From positions 12,375,010-12,439,009 of the forward strand of contig MU055600.1 in the NCBI GenBank assembly GCA_013239625.1: a stretch of DNA of 64,000 nucleotides, read 5' to 3'. Below the pieces are notes generated by a model. It saw only the letters and a program-made list of their open reading frames with translations, was not told the origin of the DNA and searched no databases. Position 1 is the stretch's first letter; the number at the start of each line of letters is the position of its first letter. Positions 38,501-52,600 of the stretch are shown in pieces. Both the position numbers and the translations under genes were made by a program. The DNA is from Lama guanicoe (Eukaryota).

Positions 38501-41500
38501 ATAGCACCATCTGCAACGCTGTTCTATTATAGATAAGTACTCGGAACCACATACTACCCTAGGATGCCACCATCAAAATGGACTTCATCACAGACCTGCC
38601 TCTCCCTTGGCCAGACACCATCTCACCAGCCAAGGCTAATGGGCACCCTTATCAATGTGGTCCATTATTAAGATGCTGCTGATCTTCCTCCACAGACTTC
38701 CCAGCTGGCTGATCACAGACTTTCTCCCTCCCCCGAAATCCTTGCCTAGTTCTGGAAAGAAGTGTTCAGGACTTGGATCCATCTGTCCATCTGTCAACAA
38801 CCAACATAAGGAGGGACTGGACCACCTCCTCCACACTGCAGGATTTGCCTATAACAAATTAATTACCCTGCTCCACCCTAAGGACCCATTTCCCAGGGAT
38901 TATGACAACCAGTCTGCAGCACCCCAGGCCCACCCCTCCACCTCCCACCTCAGCCTAGGAGTGCAGGAATTATAGGCTGCTCAAGAGGGCCTATGAGACA
39001 TGCTTCATTGCACCAAGAATGGAACAAGTCTCCCACTGACCAGTGGGCTCCAGCTGCCGGGGAGAATTTTAAGTTGGGAACACTGATACTTTTTCAAGAA
39101 CCTATACTAACATAACTGCTACCTTGCAGACACCTATTAAATCATGCTGGGGAAACTATCTATTCAAAAAAATAAAATGAATTAAAAGACATTCTCATCT
39201 GACACACTGCATAAAAATTAGCTCTAGATATGAGGCAGACAGACGCCTAGGTCCTCCCCCACAATCCTTGCCTCCTGATGCTCATGCCTTGACCCCCTCC
39301 CCTTGAGCATGGGCAAGACCTGACCAATAGAATATGGCAAAAGTGACTGGGAAGTGAAATGTAATCCTATGGTTATGTTTCATTATATAAGACTCCAGCC
39401 TTGCTAGCAGCCTGGTTCCAGAGACTTTTTTCCCTGTAGCTTTGAAGAAATAAGCAGCTATGCTGGGAGAACCCATGTGGCAAGGAACTGAGGGTGGTCT
39501 CCACCTGCCAACCAGCAAGAAGCAAGGGCCTCAGTCCTGCCACTGCGAGGAACTGAATCCTGCCACCAACCATGTGAAACTGAATGTGAACCCTTGCCCA
39601 GCAGAGCCCCCAGTTGAGAATCCCAACTTGACCAGCACCTCAACTGTAGTCTTACATAAGACCCAACTAAACCGTATCTGGAACTCTTGACCCATAGAAA
39701 TAGAAAACAAACATGTTGTTTTGAGCTACTAAGTTTATGGTAACGTACTACACAGCAACAGAAAACTAATACAGTGGATTAAAAAAACATGAAAATAGAA
39801 AAAAATCTGGAGGAAATTAATGGATGAAAATTTTAATTCATATGTGAATGGGGAAACAACTTTCTAAATACAAGGTATTGACAGGAAACAGAAATGAAAA
39901 GACTAATGTATTGAACAAGACACAAATGTACAACTTCTGGATGACTATATATAGGAATCAATTTTTTTTTAAAGCTGAGGAAATATAAAATTAATGGTGA
40001 TCTTTTCTAGGTAGTAGATCTATGGCTAATTTAAACTTTTAATTAATATTTTTCTGGAGTTCCCAAATGTTCTATGATGAGCATGCATTAGTTTTATGAC
40101 ATATTAAAAAAAGTTACAAACTTTTTAAAAAGTACTGCCAAACTTATCAGAATCTTCCATCCACTGTAGAAGCCAGATTTCGGTTCCTATCATGCCCTAA
40201 GCAGACCCTCCCCCCCCCACATATCTCACCAGGCATACAAAAGCAAACTCACCTGCCAAAAGCATTCCAGACAGTTGCCCCAAGTGGCTGCAAGAACCAC
40301 CCTCACTATCACTGCCACCCCCAGCACTCTCTCAGTGCATCTATTATTAGAGCCTTTGTGGCCTCTGGCCTAGTATCTGATTATCTGCTAAGCAACAGAA
40401 GGGCAGAGCTCCTTGGTCTTCTCCTTGACCACAGTCTGGGCCAGGATCTGGTGTGCAGTGGGGGTCAGTACGAGAGGGAGATGGCTGGGATTGTTGAAGC
40501 CCTGTGGAAGGTCCAGAATGTTACCCGCGGTACTGTGATGGGGGAAGTATCTCTGCTTTTTTGCAAAGATAGCCATGCGCACATCCAAACTACCTCCCTC
40601 TTAGAATGCCAAGAATTCCCCTTCCTCCACTACTCCCAGAACAGGCTGGGAGGAAAGAAGAGACAGGAGGGTAGGAGGTTAGAGGAAAGCTCTCTATATT
40701 GAGTCAAAGAACCATTCTAAGGGGCCTGTGCCTGGAAGGACCAACCTTCAGGTGAAGGGTACCTGGAGGTCAGTGTCCACTTGCCTAAACAGCCTACTCC
40801 ATGCCTTGATAGGGCTGGGTCCCCTGTGTCCTGCCCAGGAGAGGGGTTCAGCTGTATATACCCACAGCTCTCTGTGCTAATCCTGACCGCACCCTTTATT
40901 GCTCTGCATGTGGTGCTGTTTCCTTGACTTGGCTATGACTGTTTGGGGGCCAGTAAACATGTCTTACTCACTGTCATTACCCCCAGGACATAGCTCAGTG
41001 CCAGGCATAGTAGGCACTCAGGAAATGCATGTTAATTAAATCAGTGAATAAATGCACATGCGGCTGACAGTGACAACTTGGGGGAAATGCCACGTGGGCA
41101 CACCCAGGCTTATGAAAACATGCCCACATCACCATTCTCGGGCTCAGGACTCTGGCTCAGTCCTGAGCCTGTCAGATGCCCACCTACTTGGGCGGCCACC
41201 CACTCAGGCTGCTTCATCTATTCAAACGTTCCTCCCACCTGCTTCTTCCTCCCATTTGAATAAAGGAGACACACAAGTATTTGTTCTATGACTGAAGGCT
41301 TCCCCGTGGTGCTCCCTCTAACTTTTCTGTCTCTAATCTGCTTCTCCCACGGTAGTGACACCCACAGACCCAGCCCCTCATTGCTTCCAGACAGAGGCTG
41401 TCATTTCCACCACCTGACAAGAGTCCCAGCACGTGACAGCCCTGCCTCCCAGCTTGACCCACTCTGGCCACCATGGATCAAAGGAGCCGCTGATGAAGCA

Positions 41501-44500
41501 CTAGTGCCACCAACCAAAGCATCCCATAGAATGACAAAGAGGCCACCTTCAGGCCAGCAGGGATGTCACAGTCTCCAGGGTGTGGCCCAGATGCTTTGCT
41601 CCAAGGGTTGGCAAACTCCTTCTATCAAGGGGCCGAGTAACTATTTTAGGCTTTGCAGGCCACATGGACTCTGCTGCAACTACAACATCCAGACAATAAA
41701 CAAATGAATGAACATGGCTGTGTCCTAATAAAATTTTATTTACGAAAACAGTCAGCAGGCCAGATTGGGCCCGTGGATGGTAGTTTGCCAACCCTGGTCT
41801 TGATTAACTGAGTGGGGCAGTGACTGTGGGAACTGTCATAGTGCTTGGTGTCCCCAATACCTTGGAAAGCTCTGCACATTATACTTTTTTCTCAGCAGAA
41901 TCTCCTGGGACCATCTCAGAGGATGCCGGACACTCGAGAGACTTAATATCCTGGTATTTCAGCTCAGTTGAGCCATGTCCTTGGCTACAGTGCCTCTTAT
42001 AACTTTTCACCTTGGGAATGACAATGGCTGCCAATACCACCCAAGGCTGAGCACAAACTTGCCCTCTTACCCCTGGCACAGACTAGCTAAGCATCACCAA
42101 GCTTCCAGAGGAAGCACAGACCACACCTCCTGGGACACAGAGTCGCCCATCAGTGCCTGTCCCTGCCGGCCCCTCCCCTTGGCCACAGTGTTCTAAAGGC
42201 AGCAGGTAGGGACACTCCCACTGATAGACTGGAAGTCACAACCCCAAAAGAGAGCCTCTTGCACCACCCCTACCAGGCCCTTGGGTCCCCAGAGGAGCTG
42301 TGGACACTGGGAAAACACTGGCTACCTGGGCAGACCAGCCACCTACCCTGAGCTCTCTCTTCAGAAAGAGGTGCTGGAGTTCATGCCTAGCTGGTGAGGG
42401 CCCCCCACTTCTGGGGCTCAGAGTGTTTGAGGAGGCATCTTGCAATCTTTACCTGCTTAGAGTTGGTCAGGTAGAGCTTGGCTGCCAGGTTGATGACCTG
42501 CAGCTTAACAATATCCTCCTCTGCTGTGAAGGACTTGGCCATTTTTCTCAGGACGTCAGGTGCAATCCTGGGGACGTGCTCACAGTATTCACCAATGAGC
42601 CACAGGATGCTGGCTCGGGCCATGGGCACCTGTGGGTGTGGGAGAGGAGTTAGGACTGGGGTAAATGTGAGAATGTTGGAGGGCCTGCCAGGGAATTGGC
42701 ACTCTTCCTATCTGTGCTGACCTATTGTATCATGGGATTCTCTGGAAACGGGGGTGGGAGGTGGTGGGAGAGAGATTATATGGCAAGCATTTCCTGGGCA
42801 GCATCCCCTTCATCCCTAGGGTTCATTAGCATGAGCAGAGCCTTCAAGCCCCCAGTTCAGTCACGGTTTGATATAGAAGATTGCTTTTCTGGATCCATTG
42901 TACCCTTAATGCTTAACTGCCAAGTTATTCTTCCTGAATCTTCAGGAACTCCTTGTTTGAATGTTTCAACTCGGCAGTGTAACAGAAAAACACATGATTT
43001 GTCAATCGGCCACCCTGGGCCAAAGCTTTGGAGTGGTGGTCCAGACTGTGGATGGAGTTCAGCAAGGGATCCCCAAAGGGAAGGTGATTCAGGGTCACAT
43101 GGCTCATCCATCCCCTTCTTCCACCTGAAGACCTTTCAGAGCCAGTATGGAAAGTTTGGAAGCTGATTTTTATTAAGGCCAGTGTTTAACCTAGGGTCTT
43201 AAAATCATGGGGAGGATATTGATGTGGGGAGGGAAATATGGGGTTACTCCCTCACCTGGATGTTGTCTGTGAGCTTTGCCAAGTGTTTGATGATCTCTCC
43301 ATGCTGTGCTGGCTGCATTTGCAGCAGCTTCTTAATGACAACCACTGACTCTGCAACCACGAGCTCTGTGGAACAGGAAATGAGCGTGTGGAGAGGAGAG
43401 TCAGACGATCACACACAGGTAGGCAGACGCACTTGTGATGTCCCCAGGCCCTTGACTCTCTTCCTCAACCTCCTGTACTTCTGCAGGTTCCCTCAGAGGT
43501 GTAGGAGCACTTACACACCAAGTGAGGCAGACAGACTGGTGAACACACACTGCCTGTACAGACACTGGCCATCAGAGTTAGACATGCAGGCAGACACCCA
43601 CTAGTCATTAAAGCTGGANNNNNNNNNNNNNNNNNNNNNNNNNNNNNNNNNNNNNNNNNNNNNNNNNNNNNNNNNNNNNNNNNNNNNNNNNNNNNNNNNN
43701 NNNNNNNNNNNNNNNNNNNNNNNNNNNNNNNNNNNNNNNNNNNNNNNNNNNNNNNNNNNNNNNNNNNNNNNNNNGTGGGACACCACAACAGTGACCCCTC
43801 ATTCCTCAGGCCTAACTCAGCAGTGACTCTGCAGGCCTGAGGGTGACCTTCCAGAAAGCTGTTACCCCTCATTCAATGACTCATCATGCCAGAGAATAAA
43901 CTCCATGAAAAGGAGTGACATCCTCTTCCATTACTCAGTGGTTCCCTAACCCAAAGCCAGCAGAAGGCATTGGGAGGGGAGCTAAGATAGCAGTTTCTCC
44001 ACTTTGGGCCCCTAAGAGAAGGTCTGACCCACCAGGACAATTCTCACTGAGCACAAGGAGCTGTAGGGCAACTCTCCCAGGCCCCTCTGGCCATGAGCTG
44101 ACCCCTGACCCATACCTGGAATTCCCGTAGGACAGTAGGGATGTTGGTCTCATTGGCCAGGTTGGTCAACACTTCGAGCTGCAGGGAGGCAGAAAATGGG
44201 CAGCATGGCTAGTGGGTTTTCTGTGCTTTCACAACCCTTCATTCCAAACACACTTCTTCCAAACACACTTCGCAAGAAAACGATCCTCAGGCAGGACAGC
44301 CCTGTGTCATCCTTAGACTGGTGAGGAAATTGATAAATCATGAAACTTGTCCAAAATGTAGCATGACCAGTTTACTTCTTTAATGGACTCCCTGATAGAA
44401 TGTGCTTACAGTATGATCATGTCACCTCTCTACCTCCAAGAAAAAGGCAAAGCCTCCTATTGCTTTTAGGATAAAGACCAACGTCCTTACCACAGCCTGT

Positions 44501-47500
44501 AAGTCCCCAAATGGTCTGACTGCTGTCCACCTCTGATGTCCCACCATTCCCCTCCTTCCCCTCCCTGCCCCAGGCACACAGTCAGTCAGACCTCTCCTGC
44601 CTCATGGCCTTTGCAGATGCTGTTTCCTCTGTGTGGAGCACGTCTTCCCATTCCTGTCCCTGCATTTATCTGGAGACTTCCTGTTCATTTCTCAGGTCTC
44701 AGCTCAAGCCTCACCTCCTGAAGGAAAACTTCCCTGACATGAGACAAGATCAGGCCCTCCTCTTTCTGCTCCTATATAGCTCTCTGTGCTTTCCCTTCAT
44801 ATCATATTTTGCAAGTGGATTTTTACCTATGTTTTGTGATTAGCTGCTCAATGTCTCCTCCTCACCCCAGCTAGACTGTAAGCGCCACAAGGGCGGGGTG
44901 CCTGACTAGTTTGCTGTCTGTTGTACCCCTCAGTCTAACCATAAGACACAGTAGGTGTTCAGAAGGGTTAGGAGGATTAACTGCTGCTGAATGAAGTCAC
45001 TCAAAAATGAGGAGAGCAGGAATAGAAGGTGAGTATGGGCTCCTGCCACTTTTCCTGTGGGTGTATGTTTGCACGACAGCCTAAGTGGGTAGGCGTGTGG
45101 GAGTGATAACACAGTGGGTGGGAGACAGACTATAATGGGAAAGCATGAATTTTGGAGTCAGCAGACCTGAACTTGGCTAGTTACCTCACCTCCCTAAGTC
45201 TACATTTTTAAAAAGTGGAGAGAATGTACACCTCCTGAGGTTCTCATGAAAGTTTAATTACTTCATATGTGACAAGTGGCAGGTGTATAACAGATATCAG
45301 GCAAAGGACAGCTCCTTTGGCCCTGTCCCCCTGCTTTCATTCACTTGGCTTCCTGGGCAAACATTTGTGACTGGAACAGCAGTGCCAGAATTAGGCAGGC
45401 ACCAAGGTGGCCACTGTGGATATTTGAGTGGGTCGGTGGGGTTGGAGGCAGAAAGGCCACATGCACTTCTGTCCAACACTCACCTTTAGGATCTTGATCT
45501 GGGTGGGGTCGGTGGACCTGATGTAGAAGCTCTTCAGGTACGGCTCGAACATGCCCTGGCACAAGAGAGGCAGCCCCAGGGAGCTCCACCACAGCCCTAG
45601 ACCTGCTTCTCCTCCAGGGCACCCCGCTCCTCTCCTGCCCCAGGGCCCAGTACACTTCTGCCCCTAACTGCCCTCCACTCCTCCATTCTTCCCTCCTCCT
45701 CACACCTGACCCGGTCTTCCTTCACCGGGCTTTCCTCCCTCAGCGGCCCAGGGATCCACGCTCTGCTTCTCCAATTGCTTTTGGGGCCTCCCCTCCCCAT
45801 GCTCTGCACAGCTAAAGCACTCCCCCTTTCTGCCTCCGCCCACCCCCGTGCCCTCAGCCTCGCAGGAGCCAGTCCCCGGACTGCCAGGCCAGACCTTGGT
45901 CACTCGCTCACCCGGCGCTTGATGGACATGGTGGCCACGTTCTGGAGCACCACGTACTGCACCTCACTGTGGAGAGGAGGGGTCAGAGGTACCTGGGCCC
46001 CTCGGCTGGGGTGAGGGGCAGCAGGTGGAGAGAAGGGAGGAGAGCCAAATAGGAGGGAGGAGAGGAGCAGTGTGGGGAGGTCTCCGGTGGCAGGAGGGCA
46101 GGGCTGGGGTCAGTGCGGGAGCTGGTGGGCTAGGGCCCGTGGTGTGATGCGTTTATGGTGCGGGAGAAGTGGGGCAGGCCCGGGCCCAGCCCCCGGGTGT
46201 GGGCGGGGAGGGCGCCCACCTGTGGCTGCGCAGCAGGCGCACGAGGGCCTTGGNNNNNNNNNNNNNNNNNNNNNNNNNNNNNNNNNNNNNNNNNNNNNNN
46301 NNNNNNNNNNNNNNNNNNNNNNNNNNNNNNNNNNNNNNNNNNNNNNNNNNNNNNNNNNNNNNNNNNNNNNNNNNNNNNNNNNNNNNNNNNNNNTTTCGGG
46401 CGGGCAGAGCTGTGGCAGTCGCCTCCTCCGACCCCGGGCCCTTGGCTTCATCCTCCTCGGAGCCGTAGAAGGCCTTCTCAGGGTTCTCCTCCAGCAGAGA
46501 CTCCTGGAGAGGGAGACAGGTGGGGCACTGGGCACCTCCTCCAGGCGACCCTCCTACCCACACTGCCGGGCGAGGGTGGGGGTCCCGCCCACTCACGTTC
46601 TGAGTGGGGCTCAGGAACTGCGTGCGGGCGTAGCGGGTGAGCATGCTGATGATGACCACCTGGCCCCACTCCTCCACGTCGATGAGCAGGTTACAGAGCT
46701 TCCGGTAGTTCTTGTGGATCAGGTCAATGCGCTCCGGGCACACCTCCTCGAAGGCCATCACCACACTGCCTGCCACCAGCTGGGGAACCAATAAAGGCAA
46801 GAGAGCATGAACGGGGACGGAAGGGCCTCTGCCTGGCACCTTTCCTCCATGCAACCCTGTACGTCTGTATACGCACCGTGGTCTTGTCGGCCAGAAGCTT
46901 CTCAATAACCTCTATCAGCTGGTCCTTCTGGTCAGAATCCAAACTGAGGGAGAAATTGTTGAGAAGAATTTGCCCCTCCCCCCATCTCCAGCCTTCCTAA
47001 TATCTGCCAAGCTGTGTTCACCTCCCTCACCCCAACCCTATTCACAAAGAGGTGTGAGCCACTGCCTCCAGTGTCCTCCATCTGTCAGTTCCCCCAAACT
47101 ATCTTAAACCATCTGAAGAGTTTTTTTTAAGATGGCAGCCTGCAAGACTTGGGAGAGGGCAGGTGAGGGCCGGGGGCTTGGGGTATACCTGTAGAGCTTA
47201 GGGATGGCATGGGCAGCTGTTTTCCTCACGTAGGGTGACATATCTGAGGCAGCTTCCTTGATGGCCAGCATCATGATGGGCACTATGATGGGCACACGGA
47301 TGCTAGAGAGGACGCGGAGGGCACTGGCACGAATCAGCTGGTTGGGATCCTAAGGACAGAGGTGGAGGCAGAGCCATGGGAGGGCAGCAGGTGGCCCGAT
47401 GGGAGAGGCCATACCTATGGAACTCACTGTTCCTAGTTAACACCAGCTCTTACTTCCCTGACTGCTGTCTTGAGCCTGGATGATGTGCTAGTGCTGGGTA

Positions 47501-49564
47501 CCTGGGGGCACTGCCTAAGGGCACCGACTCTTGGCCTCGCTACAGAAATCTGATACCTGAACTGATGTGGCACTGGGCTGCTTCGCTTTCAGGAAGAGTA
47601 ACAGTATTTCCAAATACCCAAAGTTCTTGAAACACACCTCCTGTTCCTGAGGGGTGTGTGTGAAGGGGGAGGACATCTTTGTGTTTCCACTGGAGGTGAC
47701 TGCCAGCAAATGCAAACTGGTCTCCCTTCCAAAGAGTTCATCCTTACAGCCCTCTCCCAGCAGCCCCTCAAAAGCTGCCCTTTTTCCTCATTCTCCACAG
47801 TGTTGAAAAGAGAATAGGTGTGTAGGCCCCGCCTCTTTGCTCCTATTGCTTCCTACAGACACCTGAGAAGAGCCTCAGACAGTGTACTGTAATCATGAGA
47901 TGGCATAGCAACAGCAGAAGCTGTAAATTACTGTTAATCTTGGAGGATGGTGGACAGTGGGAGAGGTGCTGGTACACTAAAGGATAGATGCTACCCTGAT
48001 TTTCTAAAAGGGAGAAAGAGAAGATCCACAAAATTACAAGTGAAAATGATGGTAATCCCTGACAAAATTCTGGAATTGAGTTTTAAGTAGATGGTTTAGA
48101 AGCACCTAATTAAAAAGCAGAAGTCTATTTTCTTAAGGTCAAATCATATCACATTCACTGCTAAAACCTATTATCCTTTTTTTAAAAAACACTTTCTTTG
48201 AAAATAATTATGGACTCACAGGAAGTTAATCCACCCCCAAATCCATTTTCCTTTTTGACAAGGTAATTAGGCTGATAGATATAAACACTATGTACCTTGA
48301 TTTCAGCAAAGCATTTGTAAGAGTCTCTCACAGCATTTCCTGGATTGCCATTTTTGATGCCAGTCTTTTGTCTCACTTAACATGTAAGCATTTTAAGAGC
48401 AGAATTCACGTCTACTTTATCTCTGAATAACCACAGCCCTTTGCACATGAAAGATATTGAGAAATTATTTTGCTGTTGAATAAGATCTTTCCTAACAAGA
48501 TAGGATGATGCTGGCTGACTGCACAGTGAGGTGGATCAACAGTTTGGTAAAATGTAGTAACTGGGGTAAGTTTTACTAACAGATCAGTGTCAACCTAGAA
48601 ACATGATACACGGGGCTCATTGTTGCCTTTGTCTGAATATCTTATCAACATTTTGGAGGAAGACACAAAATCAGGACAAAATTCAGATTCAGAATCACCC
48701 TGGCTTGGATCCTGTGCTAAACCTGTAAAATGAAATATAACAGAATTTCACAGGGAATTCAAGGGACCAACTGCATAGACAGGATGTAGGAAGACCTGGA
48801 TTATCTGCTTGCCAACTGGAAGTTTGTCTGAATTGAGCCAACAACTTAAGTGGGATGCTAAGAAAGCAAACACAGCCTCAGCCTAGGTTGATGGAAAAGG
48901 CTGGTTCGGAAGTGTAGGAGAGCCCCCCAAACAGTACCAATAACAAAGAGAAAATGAGTTTTAGAGGAATACATATAAGGTACTGTTTACAAAACAATGT
49001 TATATATTATTTAGGAATATCTAAATAAATAGTAAAACAATAAAACGTGCATATGAATAAAAAACAGAGGAAGGTACATAGGGAGCTCTGGCGATTTGAT
49101 AAATCTTTCATTTCCTATGCTGGGAATACATTTCATTACATTATTCTTTATGCCTTTTGCAGATCTGAAATAAATTTTTAAAAATTACAGCCATGGAAGT
49201 TTCAAAACGATACAATTTTTTTTTAAAAAAAGCTGTAATCCTCTCACACCTGTGAGAATGGCTATGGTCAAAAAGGTAACAAATAATAATGTCGGAGAGA
49301 ATGTGGAGAAGAGGGAACTCTCTTGCACTGTTGGTGTGAATGTGAATTGGTGTAGCCACCATGGAAAAGAGTGTGGAGATCCCTCAAAAAATTAAAAACA
49401 GAACTTCCATATGACCCAGCAATTCCACTCCTGGACACATATGCAAAGAAAATGAAAACACTAATTTGAAAAGGTGTGTGACCCTAATGTTCATAGTAGC
49501 ATTATTTACAAGATATGGTTATTGCTATCTCAGCATTATTGCTGAGATAGTGGATAAAGAAGAT

Positions 49565-49603
<39 letters not shown>

Positions 49604-52600
49604 GACTATTACTCAGTCATAAAAAGAATGAAATGCTACCATTTGCAACAACATGGATGGACCCAGAGGGTATTATGCTTAGAGAAATAAGTCAGAGAAA
49701 GACAAATACTATGTTTTCATTATTTGTGGAATCTAAAAAATGAAACAAATTAATAGAGCAGAATAGAAACAGACTCACAGATACAGAGAACTAGTAGTTA
49801 CCAGTGGGAAGGGGGGTGAGGGTAGGAATAAGACAAGGGAAGGGGATTAAGAGGTACAAACTAGTAGGTATAAAATAAATAAGATACAAAGATGTAACGT
49901 AAGGCACAGGGAATACAGCCAATATTTTATAATAACTTTAAGGAGAATAAGCTACTATACAAATATGGGATCACTAGGTTGTACACCTGAGACAAATATA
50001 ACATTGTAAGTCAACTATACTTCAATCAAAACAAAAAGAAAAAACAGTTGTAATTTAAGACAGAGTGCGGGCTCTATCACCGGAGGTGACCTGTCAGGTA
50101 TCATTTGCTCTAGATGATCCTTTGTTCTAGGGCAAAGGTTGGCACACTACAGTCCTCCGGCCGGATATGTCTTCTGCTTTTTATAAATAAGAATGTATAA
50201 GAACCTGGCCATGCCCACTCATTATGGCCACTTTCACACTACAATAGCAAAGGGGAGCAGTTGCAAGGTTGAGACTGGATGGCCTGCACAGTCTAAATTA
50301 CCACCTCCTGGCAGTATACAGAAAAGGTTTGCTGACCACTGTTCTAGAGAAATCATTGCATTGAGTTGGACTGAACGAGCTCTGGCTTTCTAAAAAGGGA
50401 ACAAGGGCGGCTGTAGGAACTTCAGGTCAGTGTAAAAATCTGTGCACAAATACCAGAATGGTTCTTATAAAATGATTCAGCCCCGATTCAAATCAATCTG
50501 AGACAGATAGATCCTATGGTTTTGACTTTCACAAATAGCCTAGCACAATGAGTGGCACAGAGATATCCAAGTATTTGCTGAATTAAAGAACAGCGTATGC
50601 ACATGCCCATGCTTTCTGCCCCACCTTGGAGAAGCAGACTTTGTCTTCCCTTCCTGCCAGCCACAGCAGACTGAACCAGGCGTGAGCCCTGGGTTTGGGC
50701 AGTCAACGCTCAGGCTGCTCAGCAACCTACAGAATCAGCTGAACATGAAAAGATTAGCTGGACCTTTCTGAATCTCTCTCATAAGAATTTGAACTAAATG
50801 TGTGGGAAGACTAGGGGGCGTTAATGGCTGTAATCCGCACTGAAGAGTCTGATTTGGAGAGAGAACAGAGTGGCGGGGATGCTGGCTTCTGTACCCTGGA
50901 GATTATCTTATACTAACCAGAAAAGCACCCAGTGGAGGGGGTCATGCCTGCATTTAATATACAAAACAAGAGGTGAGAATATTCAGTTTATATAGTGTGG
51001 GGGGATTCAGCCTCCACTCCATTCTAGAATACTTGAACTCCATTCTAGAATACTTGAATCTTCTGTTCTAGAATACTGTTCCTTCCCTTAGGTGAAGTCA
51101 AGTTCCGCCTTCCTCAAAGAGCATTTCACCACAACAAATGTGATCCAGGTCCTTAAAGGCAAATATTTTGCATACATTGGGGCATCTAAGGCAAGTCAAC
51201 TACTTCTTCTGGTGCTAAACAGAATAATCAATTTGTTCCAATTCTCCAGGAACAATCGGCTGTATTGAAATTCTTGAAAATGGACTGGTTCTATTTTTAT
51301 GTTCTCTGTGCTGACCCTCAGACCTAACTTCCACATCTAGTGTTGCTCTCCTGCTTGGTAAACTTTGTGATTTTCCTCTCGGTGGAGCTCATTTGTTTTC
51401 AGTAAGCCCTTCTGTCCTCCTTACCAAGTTCCAGGTGAAAAGGTTCCAAAGCCATCATTCTCTACAGAGATCTAGACTAGGGGACCCTGCCAGTGCCAAG
51501 GCTTTGTCACCCAGAGGTGAGGAATCCAGGTCAGCACCTCACAGAACCCTGTCTTAAGCAGGTTGACTTCTGCCTGGCTGTGGGTCACAACTCCGTTACA
51601 CCAGTGGAGATGAGGGCCAATTACCAGGAGCTCAGGTGGTTCATATCTGAGGCAGCCTCAAAGCACAGGCTCCTCTAAGTCTGACTCTCAACTTTAGGCA
51701 GCTAGGAAAGGGCCTCCAGAGCCTGCCCCCCATGCTCAGACCTCTTCCTGGGCTCACTCCTGCAATACAACATCAACAGGGCCCAGACCCCAGGGAGGCA
51801 AGCTGAGCCCTCTGACCTTTAGGCCACGCTGGAAGGTGGAGATGGAGAGCAGGGCTAGGTCTTGCTGCTCCTCAGCGTAGCGCACCAGGTACACGTAGAC
51901 AAGCTTCTTCACCTGGGAAAGAGCGGGTTTCTCAGAAGGGATTGGTACCCCGACTCGTGAGATGTCATCACCCCAGCTGGCTGCAGTCCATGGGGTGAGC
52001 ATCCTGGGTGAACCCTGGCTCCTTCACTCTAACGCACATCTAGTTCAGGGACATGTAGACAGTGCCTTTTCCTGGACCAAGGACATTTTTGAGCAGATCA
52101 GGCCCCCAGGGGCTGGAGGGTTCCCTTCCTCACCCCCAGTCAGCTCCAGTTTATTCCTGGTGGAGGTGGGCATGAGGGACCCCTCATTGGGTAGCACTCA
52201 CCTCTATGTTCTTACAGGCCACGTTCTTCACCACAGCAGGAAACAGGTCTGAGGCATTCTTTCCCCGGGCGATCATCTGGGTGGTGGGATCAAGGCAGGG
52301 GGAGAAGGAGAAGGGAGGAGGCCAGCACTCATTAGGGGAAGGTCCACAAGGAGCCAAGGACATATGTTCTTTGATTCCCAGGCCCCCGCCCAAAGGAAGG
52401 ACCCCTCCTTCCGCCCTCACCGCCACAATCCTCTTCATGGCCTCCAGCTTGAGGGAATCCTTGTTGGTGTCCAGCATCTCCTTTAGGTCATCATGCCTGG
52501 CAGGAGGCACAAGAGATCAGCTGAGGGCACAAGGGTGGTGAGGGCGCTGTCAATCAGTAGGATCCAGGCAGAAAGAAGGGACATGGGCATGGAAGGTTTA

